Positions 43,701 to 56,528 of a stretch of 64,000 nt of DNA are shown here, one piece after another. The stretch comes from the human T2T-CHM13v2.0 reference genome, Homo sapiens: NCBI RefSeq assembly GCF_009914755.1, contig NC_060928.1; one strand, 5' to 3'. The notes beneath the pieces were generated by a model. That model was given only the letters and a program-made list of their open reading frames with translations, was not told the DNA's origin and did no database searches. Numbering within the stretch: the first letter of the stretch is position 1; every line of letters starts with the position of its first letter. Position numbers and translations under genes: made by a program.

Positions 43701-45239
43701 TTACATATCCAACATTCCTTCACCGTTGCCTCACTCCTGAACATTGTCCATTGCATGTCTGAGTCTTCTTCCAGACTCTACATTCCTTCAGTTTAGGAAT
43801 GCTGACATATTTGCTTTTGGATCCCATGTAGTGTCTGACCCTGGGATTTGCATGTATGTCCAACAAATGCTGTATTTAAACAATGTGGCTGTTCCGCATC
43901 TCACAAGTCATGTTAGTTGGCTTAAAGGAGCATAGCTCTTCTGTATTCTAGTGATAACATTATATAGTGATCTAAGTTATTCCTGAGGACAGAAGGAGTT
44001 AGAGATACACTTGCCTTTTCTTTTGCTATCATATGTGCCTTGCATTTTATTTCCGTACATTAGTATCTTCAATATAATGACCTTTGTTGTCCTGTCTTCA
44101 TGTCAACCTAAAGCATTGTTATTGTCATTAGTGTTACTACCGCCTCACAAATACATAGATATATTGGGGGAGATTTTTCCTGAGAGAAATCTGCAGATTT
44201 GAAGAGAAACCATGTCATACATTTTCTGAGTCTGAAAATCAGGAGTTGCAAACATAAATGAGTAAAGCAGCAGTAGGGAATGGCGCAGCCTGTGGCAGAA
44301 CTAGGGGGAGCATGCTCTATCCCAAAGCATTCACATTCGAACACAAAATATACTGTGCTAGCTAAACCAGACATCTGGGGGCAAGTGTGGCTTAGTGACT
44401 ATGGGTTTGTTGTTTCTTCTTTAATTGATTAAAAAAAGATTTAAACACAGAGAAGTTATAAAAATTTTCAGTGTAATTAGGGGTTGTGGGCCAAGCTTTA
44501 TTGAGTGACATGAAGCTTCAAAGTTGTTTTGGGGAAGGGAGCAGGACCAAAATGCCTTCTTAGTGCAACTTTTTCAAAAAAAACTTGTGAAGCCAGCTTC
44601 TAATATTCCCCTGGCTACTTGCTCTCTCTCTCTAATGGGCTGCAGCAGTTTCTCCTGTGCCTCAATCAAATGAATACATCACATAAATGAGGGTATAAAC
44701 TGCATGAGTTTACAGAAAGGAAGAAGGTTATTATTACCTTTGAAATCAGAAGCCAAGAAAACATCTCTTCTCACACCTCCTCATCTCTTCTCTTACTTTC
44801 TGGGCAAGTCCCTAGGGGTAATTTTATTAGAGACTCTCCCTCAAAGTAAAAACTGAGGGGGGTATAAATAGCCCCGATCCTGCTCCCACCTGATCCTTAG
44901 ATTAAGATTAGCATAAGCTCAGGCTGAGAGGTCACCACAAGGTCATAGTTTTCTGGGGTGAATAGTCACTTAATTCAGAAACTCAGGAATCTCATGCAAA
45001 GAATGCTTAGTTAACATATTTCCAGGAGAAAAATAATTCTAATTTGCTTTCTTATACCAAGAACCAGCAGTCTTAGTGATTTTGTAAATGCAGAAATTGG
45101 GCCCGTGGGATGGATGAAGCAGAAACGAGCAGAACAACAGGATTAATTGAGATCACTTTGCTGCTACGTTCTGCAATTTCATTACTACTCCTAAAACGCA
45201 ATGGAGAGTCTCACAAACAGGCAACAGTGACTTTTGTTA

Positions 45240-45905
45240 GTATTCTGAGCCCTTCAGCAAAGTATATCCTCTTTGGGCTGATTTATACCATAAGGATAAT
45301 AAAAATATATGCCTTACACATTTTAGTGGGCTGTTGTGAAGAGAAAATTAGATTATGTATGGCAAGGAACTTCACAATGACAAGATAATGTCATGTAATA
45401 ATAATATTAAAGAAAATTATAGGAAACATATAGCACTTGCTATTTGTCAGGCACTGTTCTAAGCATTTACATTCATTATTTTATTTAGTTCTTATAATAA
45501 CCTTCCGTATGGGCTAGAATCTATTGTTATCTCTAATTTTTAGATGGAAAAACAGAGCCACAGAGAACTGAAGTAACTTGCCCAAGCCTAGACAGTAAGA
45601 ATTGGTGCTAGGATTTGAATCCATGCAGTCTGGCCCCTCTCAATCACTATGATTTAGGAATAAAAACAAAAAAACAAAAACATAGACGTTTAAGTAAACC
45701 AGAAGACTAGCATTTGAATCCTGGCTTCCCAGGCCATGTAACTATGGAGACAGTCTTCTTAAGCAGTCTGAATTTCAGTTTGTTTATCTGCAAAATGAAG
45801 TTGGATAATAATACTTATTTTTAGATGTTTGGTCAGGATTAAATAAGAAAACATGCAAAGCACAGTGTTTAATAGGAGGCACGTAGTGTGTTATTATTAT
45901 TAGTT
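45240..45905. mobile_element. MIR cluster (plus, minus, plus)
   Basis: gtcaggcactgttctaagc...aagtaacttgcccaag...ggatttgaatcc (minus, about 45400-45650); tttgaatcctggct...atctgcaaaatg (plus, about 45690-45900). Confidence 0.75.
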
Positions 45906-45921
45906 ATTGTGGGTGAGATGG

Positions 45922-46292
45922 TATATTAGTCTTGTCAGACTGCCATAGCAAAATATCCACAGACTGGCTGGCTTAAACAACAGAAATTAATTTTCTCACA
46001 GGCCTGGAGGCTAGAAGTTCAAGATCAAGGTGGCAGCAGGGGTGGTTTCTGGTGAGGCCTCTCCTCCTGGCTGCCGCCTTCTCACTGTGCTCTCACATGG
46101 TCTTTCCTCTGTGCAGAGGAGAGAAAGAGGGCTCTGGTGTCTCTTCCTCTTTTTATAAAGATGACAGTCCTATTGGATCAGAGCTCCACACTTATAACTT
46201 AATTTAACCCTAATTACCTCCTTAATACAGTCACATTGGATGTTAGACCTTCAACATACTAATTTTGGGTGAATACAGTTCAGTCCATAACA
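45922..46292 (-). mobile_element. MLT1A0-like LTR, 190 bp upstream of exon 2
   Basis: tattagtc...ggcttaaacaacagaaatt...cagtccataaca; near-TSD GATGG/GGTGG. Confidence 0.87.
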
Positions 46293-46482
46293 GGTGGGTA
46301 GCTGGGAGGCGAGGAATAGAAGGATAGAAGGGGTATTTTAATGTCTACGGTAGATTTTTTTTTAAGGCATCGCTGCTGGAGGAAAAAACCCATCAGATAT
46401 TCATAATACATTTGTAGGTATACAATATATTTGGCTCTGTATGTCATAGAAAACATCTCCATGCTATCTATTAATCTTTTAG

Positions 46483-46679
46483 GTGAGCCTGAATTTAAAT
46501 ACATTGGGAATATGCATGGGAATGAGGCTGTTGGACGAGAACTGCTCATTTTCTTGGCCCAGTACCTATGCAACGAATACCAGAAGGGGAACGAGACAAT
46601 TGTCAACCTGATCCACAGTACCCGCATTCACATCATGCCTTCCCTGAACCCAGATGGCTTTGAGAAGGCAGCGTCTCAG
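46483..46679 (+). CDS. CPE: Carboxypeptidase E, coding exon 2 (197 nt; phase 1 to phase 0)
   Basis: Acceptor ttttAG at 46481-46482 and donor CAG|GTGAGT at 46680. Translates (G)[65 protein letters not shown], with the M14 metallocarboxypeptidase HxxE zinc ligands, the NPDG motif and an NET glycosylation sequon. Recognised as CPE. Confidence 0.97.
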
Positions 46680-48613
46680 GTGAGTGCCAGGCAGCTCAGA
46701 TCAGGCGTGCTTTCTTCATTTTCTGTATGTTTGTACATACATGTTTATCTAAAAATTATGCCCTCGCACAAAGCTTACAGATGGTGCAGTGGAGGGCATA
46801 AGTGATGCATTCATTATTCAACTCACCAGTAAGAAAATAGTTTAGAATGAAAGGGATTATGGGTGAGTTTTTCCAGTGAAGACTGCAAATCAGAAATTGT
46901 GTTAAGAAGTTAATGTTCTAATAGTGTTCTGTTTTATGTTTTTCAATAAATTATTCATCCATTTTTGTGACTAGGTAAGTTTTGTTTTAAAAATCTACAA
47001 ATATAAAAAATATCTACTGCCTTTTGTTGAAGAGTAACGCCATGGGTGTATGTGGATGAGCCAGTGTCACAGCGCCCTCTACTGAATTTAAGGAAGAAAT
47101 ACTTTTGGCCGGAATAATGTTTTACTGATGTTTACTTGGTTTTTACATACGCTGAGTAAAGTTAAAAAACAAGCGAAAACCCTACCTCTTAACTAAAAAT
47201 AATTTAATATATCTTCGCTGTTAGATGAACTGGAAAGTAATGCCTTTTTAAGAGAAGATATATGGTGTGTGTTCCTATTTTATTGGACGGGGCGGGGGAC
47301 ATTATATTTGCTGTTTTCTACAGTTTAAAATAATTTTCTTAGTCTATGGGAACATGGGAACACATTCAAGTTAATATTTAGCATGTTTATCTACAGCTAA
47401 AAAATCCAATGACATAGTTTGACATTGTAAGAAACCCAGCCAATTTCTGTAAATAAATATAAAATTGATACGATTTCTAAAGTTATGAGAGAAAAATTCT
47501 AGTAATATATAAAATTAAATTATTTAATATTTTAAGGTAATATTCAGAATTTTTAGACACATGGGCAACAGATTATCATTGCTGTTTTCTGTCTTATAGA
47601 TTTTTATCCCTCACAGTCTAAGGTATCTAAACTTCCATGACTTAAAATATGTGGGAAATATATCTATATCATGTGATATAATTTAACAGTAAAACAAGAA
47701 AATTCACATTATAAAATGAAACAAATATACCGAAAATTTATTAGTTTTCCAGATTGTACCATTAGTTAAATGAAGAGTTTAAACGGGAGAGAAATTCCTC
47801 AAATCATAAAGCCCTAGAACTTTTGTTCTAGGTTCATATTTTTTCATGAAGACTATAAGAGGGAGACATGTTATTAGTCTATAACGCATGTTAAATTCAT
47901 TTTAAGCTTCTAATCTTTAGTTATTCTTCTAAATATTTAAAAAATAGGTTGCTGTGATTTACAGAGGCAATGAATATTTTACTTAAATCTAATTATAGAA
48001 TGATATGCTTTGAAATAGGTCATTTATAACTAGTGAATATATATTGTGAAATTTGATAAATATCTCTTTATATTATTAACATTTAAAATATTATTCATCG
48101 AACATATTTTCAAAATACTTATGACAAGTACAGTGATGCATCTCTTAATAATGGGGAAGCATTCTGAGAAATGCAATGTTGGGTGATTTTGTCATTTTGT
48201 GAACATTCTAGAGTGCACCTACATAAACCTGCATGGTGTAGCCTACTACACACCTAGGCTATGTGATATAGCCCATGGTTCCTAGGCTACAAGTCTGTAC
48301 AGCATGTTACTGTACTGAATACTGTAGGCAACTGCAACACACTAGTAACTATTTGTGTATCTAAACATAGAAAAGGTACAGTGAAAATACAGCATAAAAG
48401 ATAAAAACAGTACCTTTGGACAGGGCTTTTACCATGAATGGAGCCAGAAGTTGCTCTGGGTGAGTCAATGAGTGAGTGGTGAGTGAATGTGAAGGCCTAG
48501 GACATTACTGTACACTACTATAGAATTTATAAACACTGTACACTCAGGTTACACTAAATTTATAAAAACTATTTTTCTTCCTGCAGTAATAAATTAAACT
48601 TACCTTACTGTAA

Positions 48614-48908
<295 letters not shown>

Positions 48909-49133
48909 ACCTTACTGTAACTTTTTTACTTTATAAACTTTTAAACTTTAAAAACCTTTTGGACTCTTTGTAATAACACTTAGATTGAAACACACAACAC
49001 ATTGTACAGCTGTCCAAAAATCTTTTCTGTCTTTATATCTTTATTCTACAAGCTTTTTTCTATTTTTAAAACTTTTTTAAAGCATTTTAATGGTTTCTTA
49101 GTTTTTCAAATGTTTTGTTAAATATAAGACACA

Positions 49134-49436
49134 GGCTGTGTGCAGCAGCTTATATCTATAATCCCAGTGCTTTGGGAGGCCCAGAGGAGAAGATTGCTTA
49201 AGGCCAGGAGTTTGAGACCAGCCTGAGCAACATAGCGAGACCCTGTCTTTACCAAAAATAAAAAACTTAGCCTAGCATGATTGTGCACATGTGTAGTCCC
49301 AGTGCTTTGGGAGGCCAAGGAGGGAGGATCACTTGAACCCAGGAGTTTGAGGTTACAGTTAGCTGTGATTATGCCACTGCACCCAAGCCTGGGCAACAGA
49401 GTGAGACCCTGTCTCTTAGAAAAAAGAAAAAGAAAC
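49134..49436 (+). mobile_element. AluJ
   Basis: TSD TAAGACACA. Confidence 0.9.
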
Positions 49437-49780
49437 TAAGACACAAACACACATATCGGCCTAGGCCTACACAGGGTCAGGATCATCAAAATGTCACTAG
49501 GCAATAGGAATTTTTCACCTCCATTATAGTCTTATGGGATCACTGCTGTATAGTCTGTCAGTCGTGGTAAGAAATGTCATTATGCGGCCCATCACAGTAC
49601 TTTAAATCTGATACCTTCATGTTTATATAAGTAAAGTAGTGAAAATGCTGACATGGGAGGGCATTGTTGAAGTAAATAATCTTAATAGTTATTTTAAAGA
49701 GCATTGATAGGGACCTTAAATAGAAAGTGACATAATAATAAGCAACTAATGATTTTTCTCTTTGACTTTTTTTTTTTTAG

Positions 49781-49948
49781 CCTGGTGAACTCAAGGACTG
49801 GTTTGTGGGTCGAAGCAATGCCCAGGGAATAGATCTGAACCGGAACTTTCCAGACCTGGATAGGATAGTGTACGTGAATGAGAAAGAAGGTGGTCCAAAT
49901 AATCATCTGTTGAAAAATATGAAGAAAATTGTGGATCAAAACACAAAG
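49781..49948 (+). CDS. CPE: Carboxypeptidase E, coding exon 3 (168 nt; phase 0 to phase 0)
   Basis: Branch-like CTAAT at 49746-49750, poly-T tract and AG at 49779-49780, donor AAG|GTAGTG. Translates [56 protein letters not shown] (GRxNxxGxDLNRNFP substrate-binding motif), in frame with exon 2. Absent from the ORF track. Confidence 0.97.
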
Positions 49949-50199
49949 GTAGTGACCACGGGATAGTCTTCTTGGGTTCGTCTCTAGCCTAAGGAAATAT
50001 GTTCCAATATCTTCATCATCATGAAGGACAGAGGAGTAACATCACAGCTTGTATGGGGTGGTTAACTGTGGCTTTAAGTCAAGGCTGGAAGGGCTGGTGC
50101 CATGAAATTTGTCCTGGCCCCTAGAATTGGGCCGTAGGTGGAGAGGAGTTGGAGGTGCAGATATAGGGAGGAACCCAGTTGTAGGTTTCTTAGAAAATC

Positions 50200-51180
50200 A
50201 CCATGGCCTTCTCAGAGACCCTTTATTAGCTCATTTGATCAGCTCCTCCTGCCATATTACCCTGTTGCTCCTTTTCTCTTTTCCAGAACTTTCTCCTCCC
50301 TTGCTTTACAAAACTCTACTTTCTCCTACCTCTTCTACTGTCTTTCAAATCACTACTCAGTTTTTTTCCCTGTTTCTTCTACCTGGGCATAAATGCTGGC
50401 CATTTTCAGGGTCTCATCTGATACCGTTATTTGCTTCCCTGGGCTTCCCTCCTTACCTGTACTTTCAGTGTTGTCTGTTACACAAGGTCTCCCAGATCCG
50501 TGCCTCTAACTCCAGACCTTCCACAGAGATTTATGTCTCTGTTTTACTAGCTAACTTGGGTTCCTTTAACTGGTGGAACTTGATATCTCAAGCTCAGGTT
50601 GTCCAGAAACAAATATTTTCCCTTAGAACCACTATTCTTTCATTTATCCCAATCATCAAAGCTTTTGATTTTTCCATCTCTGTCACCGCTCACCAGTTAC
50701 CACCTCTCAGCGATTTGATCTCTCTGACACCTCTTCCATTTCCCTTCTTCTGCAAACTCATTCCCCTGCCTCAGCTGAGATCCCCACGGTCTCCTGCTGT
50801 AACTGGCACAGTGGCCTCCTACTTGTGTTTCATGTCCAGCCTCTCCCAACTCTATTCTATCTTCTCAAATTCTCAATCTTCCAGAGTGACCTCACACACA
50901 AATTATTGCTCTTTTGCTTAAAAAACCTTAGCAGCTCTCCACTGCCCAGAAGATAAAGTGAAAACTTAATGTGATGGTTAAGTATGGAGACTCTAGAGGT
51001 AACCACCTTGGTGTAAATCATGGCTTCATACTTGCTGTGTGAACTTTGTAAAGTTATTTGACCTCTCTGTGCTTCAGGTTCTTCATCTGTAATATGGAAG
51101 TGATAATATCTACCTCATAGGATAAGGATTGAATGAGTTAATACATATAAAGTACTTGAAACCAGGACCTGGAACTTTTA
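50200..51180 (+). mobile_element. L2 remnant (to about 50960) followed by a MIR
   Basis: Pyrimidine-rich L2-like sequence, then ttatttgacctctctgtgcttcaggttcttcatctgtaa MIR core. Confidence 0.65.
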
Positions 51181-52114
51181 TTACCATTTCAGTGTAATTT
51201 TTTGGTACTCTCTGTTATGTAGCTCAGGGCTAGGTGGACACATTTACATATCCACTAAACATTTGGTGCATCTTTGAACCAATATTGTCATCAGTTACTT
51301 GGAGGACAAATTGAGCCCATCTTGGAGGAAAGGTGAAGAACTGCTGTCAGCAGCCCTCTATTCCTTCTCTATTGTTCTGGGTATTTCTGCTTTCATATGT
51401 CCCCTACATGTAGTGTCTTTCCTAAGTGAGAGCTCGCAAAGTACCATTTCTCCATTTTATTCTAGTTGCTGGGTCATTCCAGCAGCTCTTGGCCCCTGGA
51501 AGCTGCCGGCTGGTTTATTCCTTAAGCTGGCTTCGATACCCTATAGACTCAACTCATACCAACTCTTTTGTGCTCCTAAACATACCATTTTCTAACAATT
51601 TTATGTCTTCAGATGAGTTGCTGCTCCAACTGTCTAGAATTCTCTTGTCTTTCCTTCCATGCCACTCCCTCTGTGAAGTCATCCTCTACTCTTCAAGACA
51701 GATTCTTTTTTCACATGTTCTTCATCTATACTTCCAGTATGGGCTTACTGTTACATCCAGCTTTATGTATGTTATTTGTTTATACACCTGTTTTCCCCTT
51801 TGATTCTAGAATTTGATCACTTGATTGTAAGAATTACGATTAATATTTGATTATGACAGGCAGTAGGCTGAGGGCCTGTTATGAATAAACACAATCCAGC
51901 TCAGCAAACAAATCACAATATCTGAAAAAGAGGGCCACTGCAAGTAAGCAGACAGGAATCCAGACAAGTGTTCATCATGGGGTTGGGATGCTGGATGAAG
52001 GATCCAGGAGACAGGGAGCCTTAGATTATTGGTTTAAACTTTTAAAAACTCTCCTGCCTATATATGGGATTCATTGCAGAAACATGGGCTGAGCCTACAG
52101 GTGGGGGCTGGTCT

Positions 52115-52816
52115 TCTTAGTGGTGGCAAATCCATACAGGTCTTCAGCAACCTCAATTCTTGCCTCCTCAGAAGAATTCGACCAAGAGGCATAAGGCAGA
52201 GTGAGAGACTAAAGCAAGTTTTAGAGCAGGAGTGAAAGTTTATTAAAAAGTTTAGAGCATGAATGAAAGGAGGTAAAGTACACTTGGAAGAGGGCCAAGC
52301 AGGCAACTTGAGAGATCAAGTGCACTGTTTGACCTTTGACTTGGGGTTTTCTATGTTGGCATGCTTACAAGGGAGCAGGAGGTTGTGTGTCTTTTCCCCT
52401 GATTCTTCCCTTGGGGTGGGCTGTCCACATGCACAGTAGCCTCCTAGCACTTGGTAGGCACTGTATTCACAGTGTGTTTATCGAAGTTGTATGCATGCTC
52501 TCTTGAGTTGTTCTTCCCTTACCAGTTGAGTGTTCCTACTAAGTCACATACCAGTTAATCCGTGCCATTTTGCCTCTTAGTATGCTTAAGCCCACTTGCC
52601 CAACTCCTGCCGTCTTATCAGGAAGCCGATCACCAGTTTTAGGCTTTTCTGTCTGTTGAGGGACTGCCTTTCCCTGGCACTTGCTGCAACCAATTATTAT
52701 GTTACAGAGGCAGTTTAACAACCGCTTGACCATCACCTGATGGTTGCCTGACATTCCTGGTGGTTGGAGGGCCCTCTCTTGTCCTGCTCATGTCTGACTA
52801 CCTACCTACCATAACA
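52115..52816 (-). promoter_or_regulatory. 3' LTR (MER50-like)
   Basis: Homologous to 58124-58840; preceded on the minus strand by the PPT GAGGGGGGAAA (52817-52827); carries AATAAA on the minus strand. Confidence 0.88.
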
Positions 52817-55800
52817 TTTCCCCCCTCAAGAATCCAAGACCTCAATTCTTTGGGAAAAATGGATAAAGGTCAGTCTTCTGTAACTGCTTCCTACTGATAG
52901 AGGGGTGGTGGTGGTTGTTTTGTGGGTCTTCACCTCTTGCTAGCTGTCAGGGTAGGATGGCTCCATGGGTTGGTAAAAACAGTATCCAGCCAGGCTGGAG
53001 GGAGAAAGGGGTGGAATTAAGCCTCTGTCATGTCTTGTTGATGGGAAGTCTAGGGGTCCTCTGTAGAAGGGTGACTCTTGAATACTGACATGATGGTGTC
53101 TCTCACTGAGGATCATCTGGAGCTTGATGGCCTGAAGGCAAGAGGAGACGAATTAGTTTATTAGATTTAGAAGAATGTCAAAATGAAATAAGGGAGTGAG
53201 GACAACTCCAAAAAATCCTGACGCTGCCAACACACTCAGGTAACTGGTGGCTATTTTCGTGCCTGCTAAGACTTGTGTGGATGGGGTTACAAGCCAATTC
53301 CAATGTGTTCCCAGAATTAGAATATTGATCCAGATTTTTACATTACCCATTCCTCTTGTTTCTTCTGAGCTGTGGCCAGAGATCACTGGTTGGTTCACAG
53401 GAATAAACAGGGTTAGTCTAAATTGCAGACAAAAACTCAAAAACAACTGCTGAGAATAGAATCTAATACCAAGTTATTAGATTATAGTCTGTTATGTTCT
53501 TGAAACATAACTTTTCTCTCTCCAGTCCTCATTTTTATTAAAAACAAATCATGATAGGACTGATTTGTTTGCAAAATAAGCATTAGTCCTATCATACTTG
53601 GCCTGGTTATTTGCATAAAGCACAGCAAGAATAATTATTTGCCATATAGGCTCCTTTTTAAATTGGCTTTGATGAAACTTCATTCCATAAGGTATTTCAG
53701 ATAAGACGTTTTAAATGCCTTGAGCCCAGCCATGGGTTTCTGCCATCAAATACCTGTATGAATTGGGTAAATTCCTCTCCTCTTGAGGTCCTAAATAACC
53801 TGGGGCTCCTAGGCCTGTCAGAAAGTGACATTCTTTACTCCCCATGGATCAGGAACCCTGTACAGGGACTGTGTAGACAAGGTATGAGACCAGTTTTCCC
53901 AAGGGGTTTTTATTGGCTCTATAAGTCAAATTTGATTCCTTAAAGGAGAGCATGCCATTCCAGTCAAACCCTTGGTAAAATAACCAGTTTCTCCAATTGT
54001 GCCTTGTTGCAAAAGAAAACAGATTACTATTGCACTTATGCAAATAACTGTATTGCCATTAGTTAAGAATACCCACAAATAGTTTCCAAATTCTGGAGAA
54101 ATCAGGTAGAGAGAAATATGCTCCAAATTTTGTTTACAGGAGTACTTATTTTTAAAAGCTGTAAATAGCTCAAAAGAAAGTTTTCTTGACTTTGAAAAAC
54201 AAAGGATCAGCAATGTTTTAAGCAAAAAGTCATAAAAGGATTATTTTAGTCTTCTTTTAGTTCAGTCCATGCAGTTAACTCCTGTTCTGCCTGGTATTTG
54301 TGAACATTTCAGCTCTCCATGAGAGTCCTGAAAGTTCTTTCTCTATTCTAATGTTACAATCTTTAAAGTTATCAGCAACCTGCATTCAAGAGTGCCTGCC
54401 AGAGTCCTATAGCTGATTATAAAGGCCACCTTTTAAAGAGGATTAAAACAAGACAACAATTGTGAATGAGAAAAAGTCTTAGGGCAGCCACAGTCAAAGA
54501 CACAGTTGCCAAGAAAATTTGTTATTTCTGTGGCACACAATTATGTAGCATAACAGTTATAATTATTACTGACAATGTATACTAAGTTATATCAGAATTA
54601 TAGGAGCTTTGTATAATTTTGGAACACATACAAATAACACATTTATGAAGAGTAGATCAATGCTTTACTAAAAGTCTGTTGTGCTTTTCAATTTGTGGAA
54701 AAACTGAACAATAGTTCTTTAACTTTAGCCAATATGATTAGGCATAGAATTTTTTTTATCAGATTGATCTTTCACAAACCTTCCACAACTTGCTCAAACC
54801 TTCAGCTTTATCCTATCTAACTTTAAAAAATCCTTTAACTCTCTAAACTAGGTCAAAAAAATCCACATTTTTATGCCTTTTTATATAATCTTTTACTAAA
54901 ACCACATTCTACTTTCCTTACATGCCTTGCATATAAAAGTTTTCCAGTAGTCTCAAGAACATGTTACACTGTTAACTCTTAGCAACTTTTACTTTTGGTG
55001 AAAAACCTGCTAAGTAAGTGATTCTGACTATGTACTAGGTTTGCAGCTTAGGACACTAGACAGAAATGCAGAAAAGGTTTGACTCTTTCTAGCATCTAGG
55101 GAGCATGGGTAACTCTGTATGTCCCCGGGCCTCACGTAGCTTTAAAGGCAGCAAGTTGTACAGTTAGGAGTCAAAGTAGCAGTTTATGAAGCATTTAGTA
55201 AGCCTAATAACTTTTAAAACTGTATAACTTTTTAAAAATAAATTCTCTTTCACAGATCTTTTCACAACTTACACAGACCATCTATGACATGCTTGGACTT
55301 TCTGATTTGTCCCAAACATTCCTCTTTTTAAACAACCAGTCATTTAATTTAGGACAAGAATTTACCATACAAGATCCTTTCTCATATAAAACTTCTGTTC
55401 TTTATAATCTGCCTTACCAAAAATACCTCTTTCTCTTTATAGCTTTTGAATTATATTAAAGTCATTTTCTTTCTGTTAGGAAGTTAAGGTTTGTACTGCA
55501 TGTTGCTGTGTGAGGATTGTGAAGGGGGAGCAGAGAAGAATGAGGTTATCTGCATACTGCAGAAGTTATCCCCCCTCAAGAGATTGCTCAGTTAGATTTT
55601 TGCTGGGGCTTGTCTGAATAAATGTGGGCTATTTCTGTATCCTTGAGGTAGGACTGACTAGGTTGAAGTTATTAGTTAAACATTTAGGTAACTTTCCAGA
55701 AGAAATAGAGCTATTAGAGGGAAAGATGAATTTAGAGACTGGGTAAATATTAATCAGGCACCCATCTTGGAAAGCATATTTTTGCCCAAAAGAGTGTGAA

Positions 55801-55919
55801 TCTTTTCTTTTGGAAGGAGGAGGTGCCATTTGCCCCATTATGTGGCAGAATTTGGAGGAGAGTTGTTCAGAGAAGGAGATTAGCACAGAGTAGGCAGCTC
55901 TTAAATCCCAAAGGGAAAT

Positions 55920-56528
55920 TTATAATTTTACTCCTCCAGGAGTTTCTCTTAGCTTTGTCTTGTCAATGACTTGGAAGCCAGCCAGAGCAGAGAGCCCCTT
56001 CAGCTCAAGGCCATTAGGCATTGGGACTCTGTCCCAGAGCCCTTTGGCCCTCAGGGCATCCAATTTCCAGTAGCTAAGCTTGTGGCAGAGGGGGCAAGCT
56101 GTGCTAGGCTTCCTCTCATTTGTCCCATTGGGGCAGTTTGCCTTCCAGTGGCCTGGCTTCCCACACCAATGGCAGTTACCTGAAGGAGTGTTTTTAGGGA
56201 AACCTGGATGGGGGCTGGAGAGCTTATAAAGCAGCCAATAATTGAGCATTCCTCTTGTTTCTGCATTTTTCCTTCTCCTTATCTCTATCCTCCTTATTAT
56301 GCTCTCAGTTATAAAAGACTGAGGAGGCTGATTTGAGGGTTTCCTGCATAAGGGCAATGGGTTCCAAGGCTGACTTTTGTATTTTCTCCCAGTTCATTTT
56401 TAGGCCAAACGATATTACAAAGGAAAGCTAGTTTTGTTTTGTTTTAAGCTTTGGGGGAGTCAAATGTTTCTGTTTTTGGGGATGCATCTGAGGAGTATAT
56501 CCTGTGGTATAGAGACATGGTTACCCAT
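55920..56528 (-). pseudogene. ERV gag remnant (matrix N-terminus plus nucleocapsid zinc knuckle)
   Basis: ATG at 56528 gives MGNHVSIPQD (MGxxxS myristoylation motif) with an early stop. CHWCGKPGHWKANC (CX2CX4HX4C) at 56133-56174, followed by a degenerate second knuckle CPLCHKLSYWK. Confidence 0.8.

Noticed and set aside
46280-46627. 115-aa antisense ORF over exon 2
   Set aside because: Shadow of the coding strand; no independent evidence.
46431-46805. 124-aa ORF as a standalone gene
   Set aside because: It is CPE exon 2 plus in-frame intronic flanks; canonical splice sites delimit the homologous part.
50109-50921. Longest ORF (270 aa)
   Set aside because: Non-ATG start, Leu/Ser/Phe/Pro-rich, and lies in pyrimidine-rich L2 remnant where stop codons are rare; no domain recognised.
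55920-56357. Zinc-knuckle ORF as a domesticated gene
   Set aside because: Non-ATG start, disrupted from the true gag ATG, second knuckle degenerate; a decayed gag is sufficient explanation.
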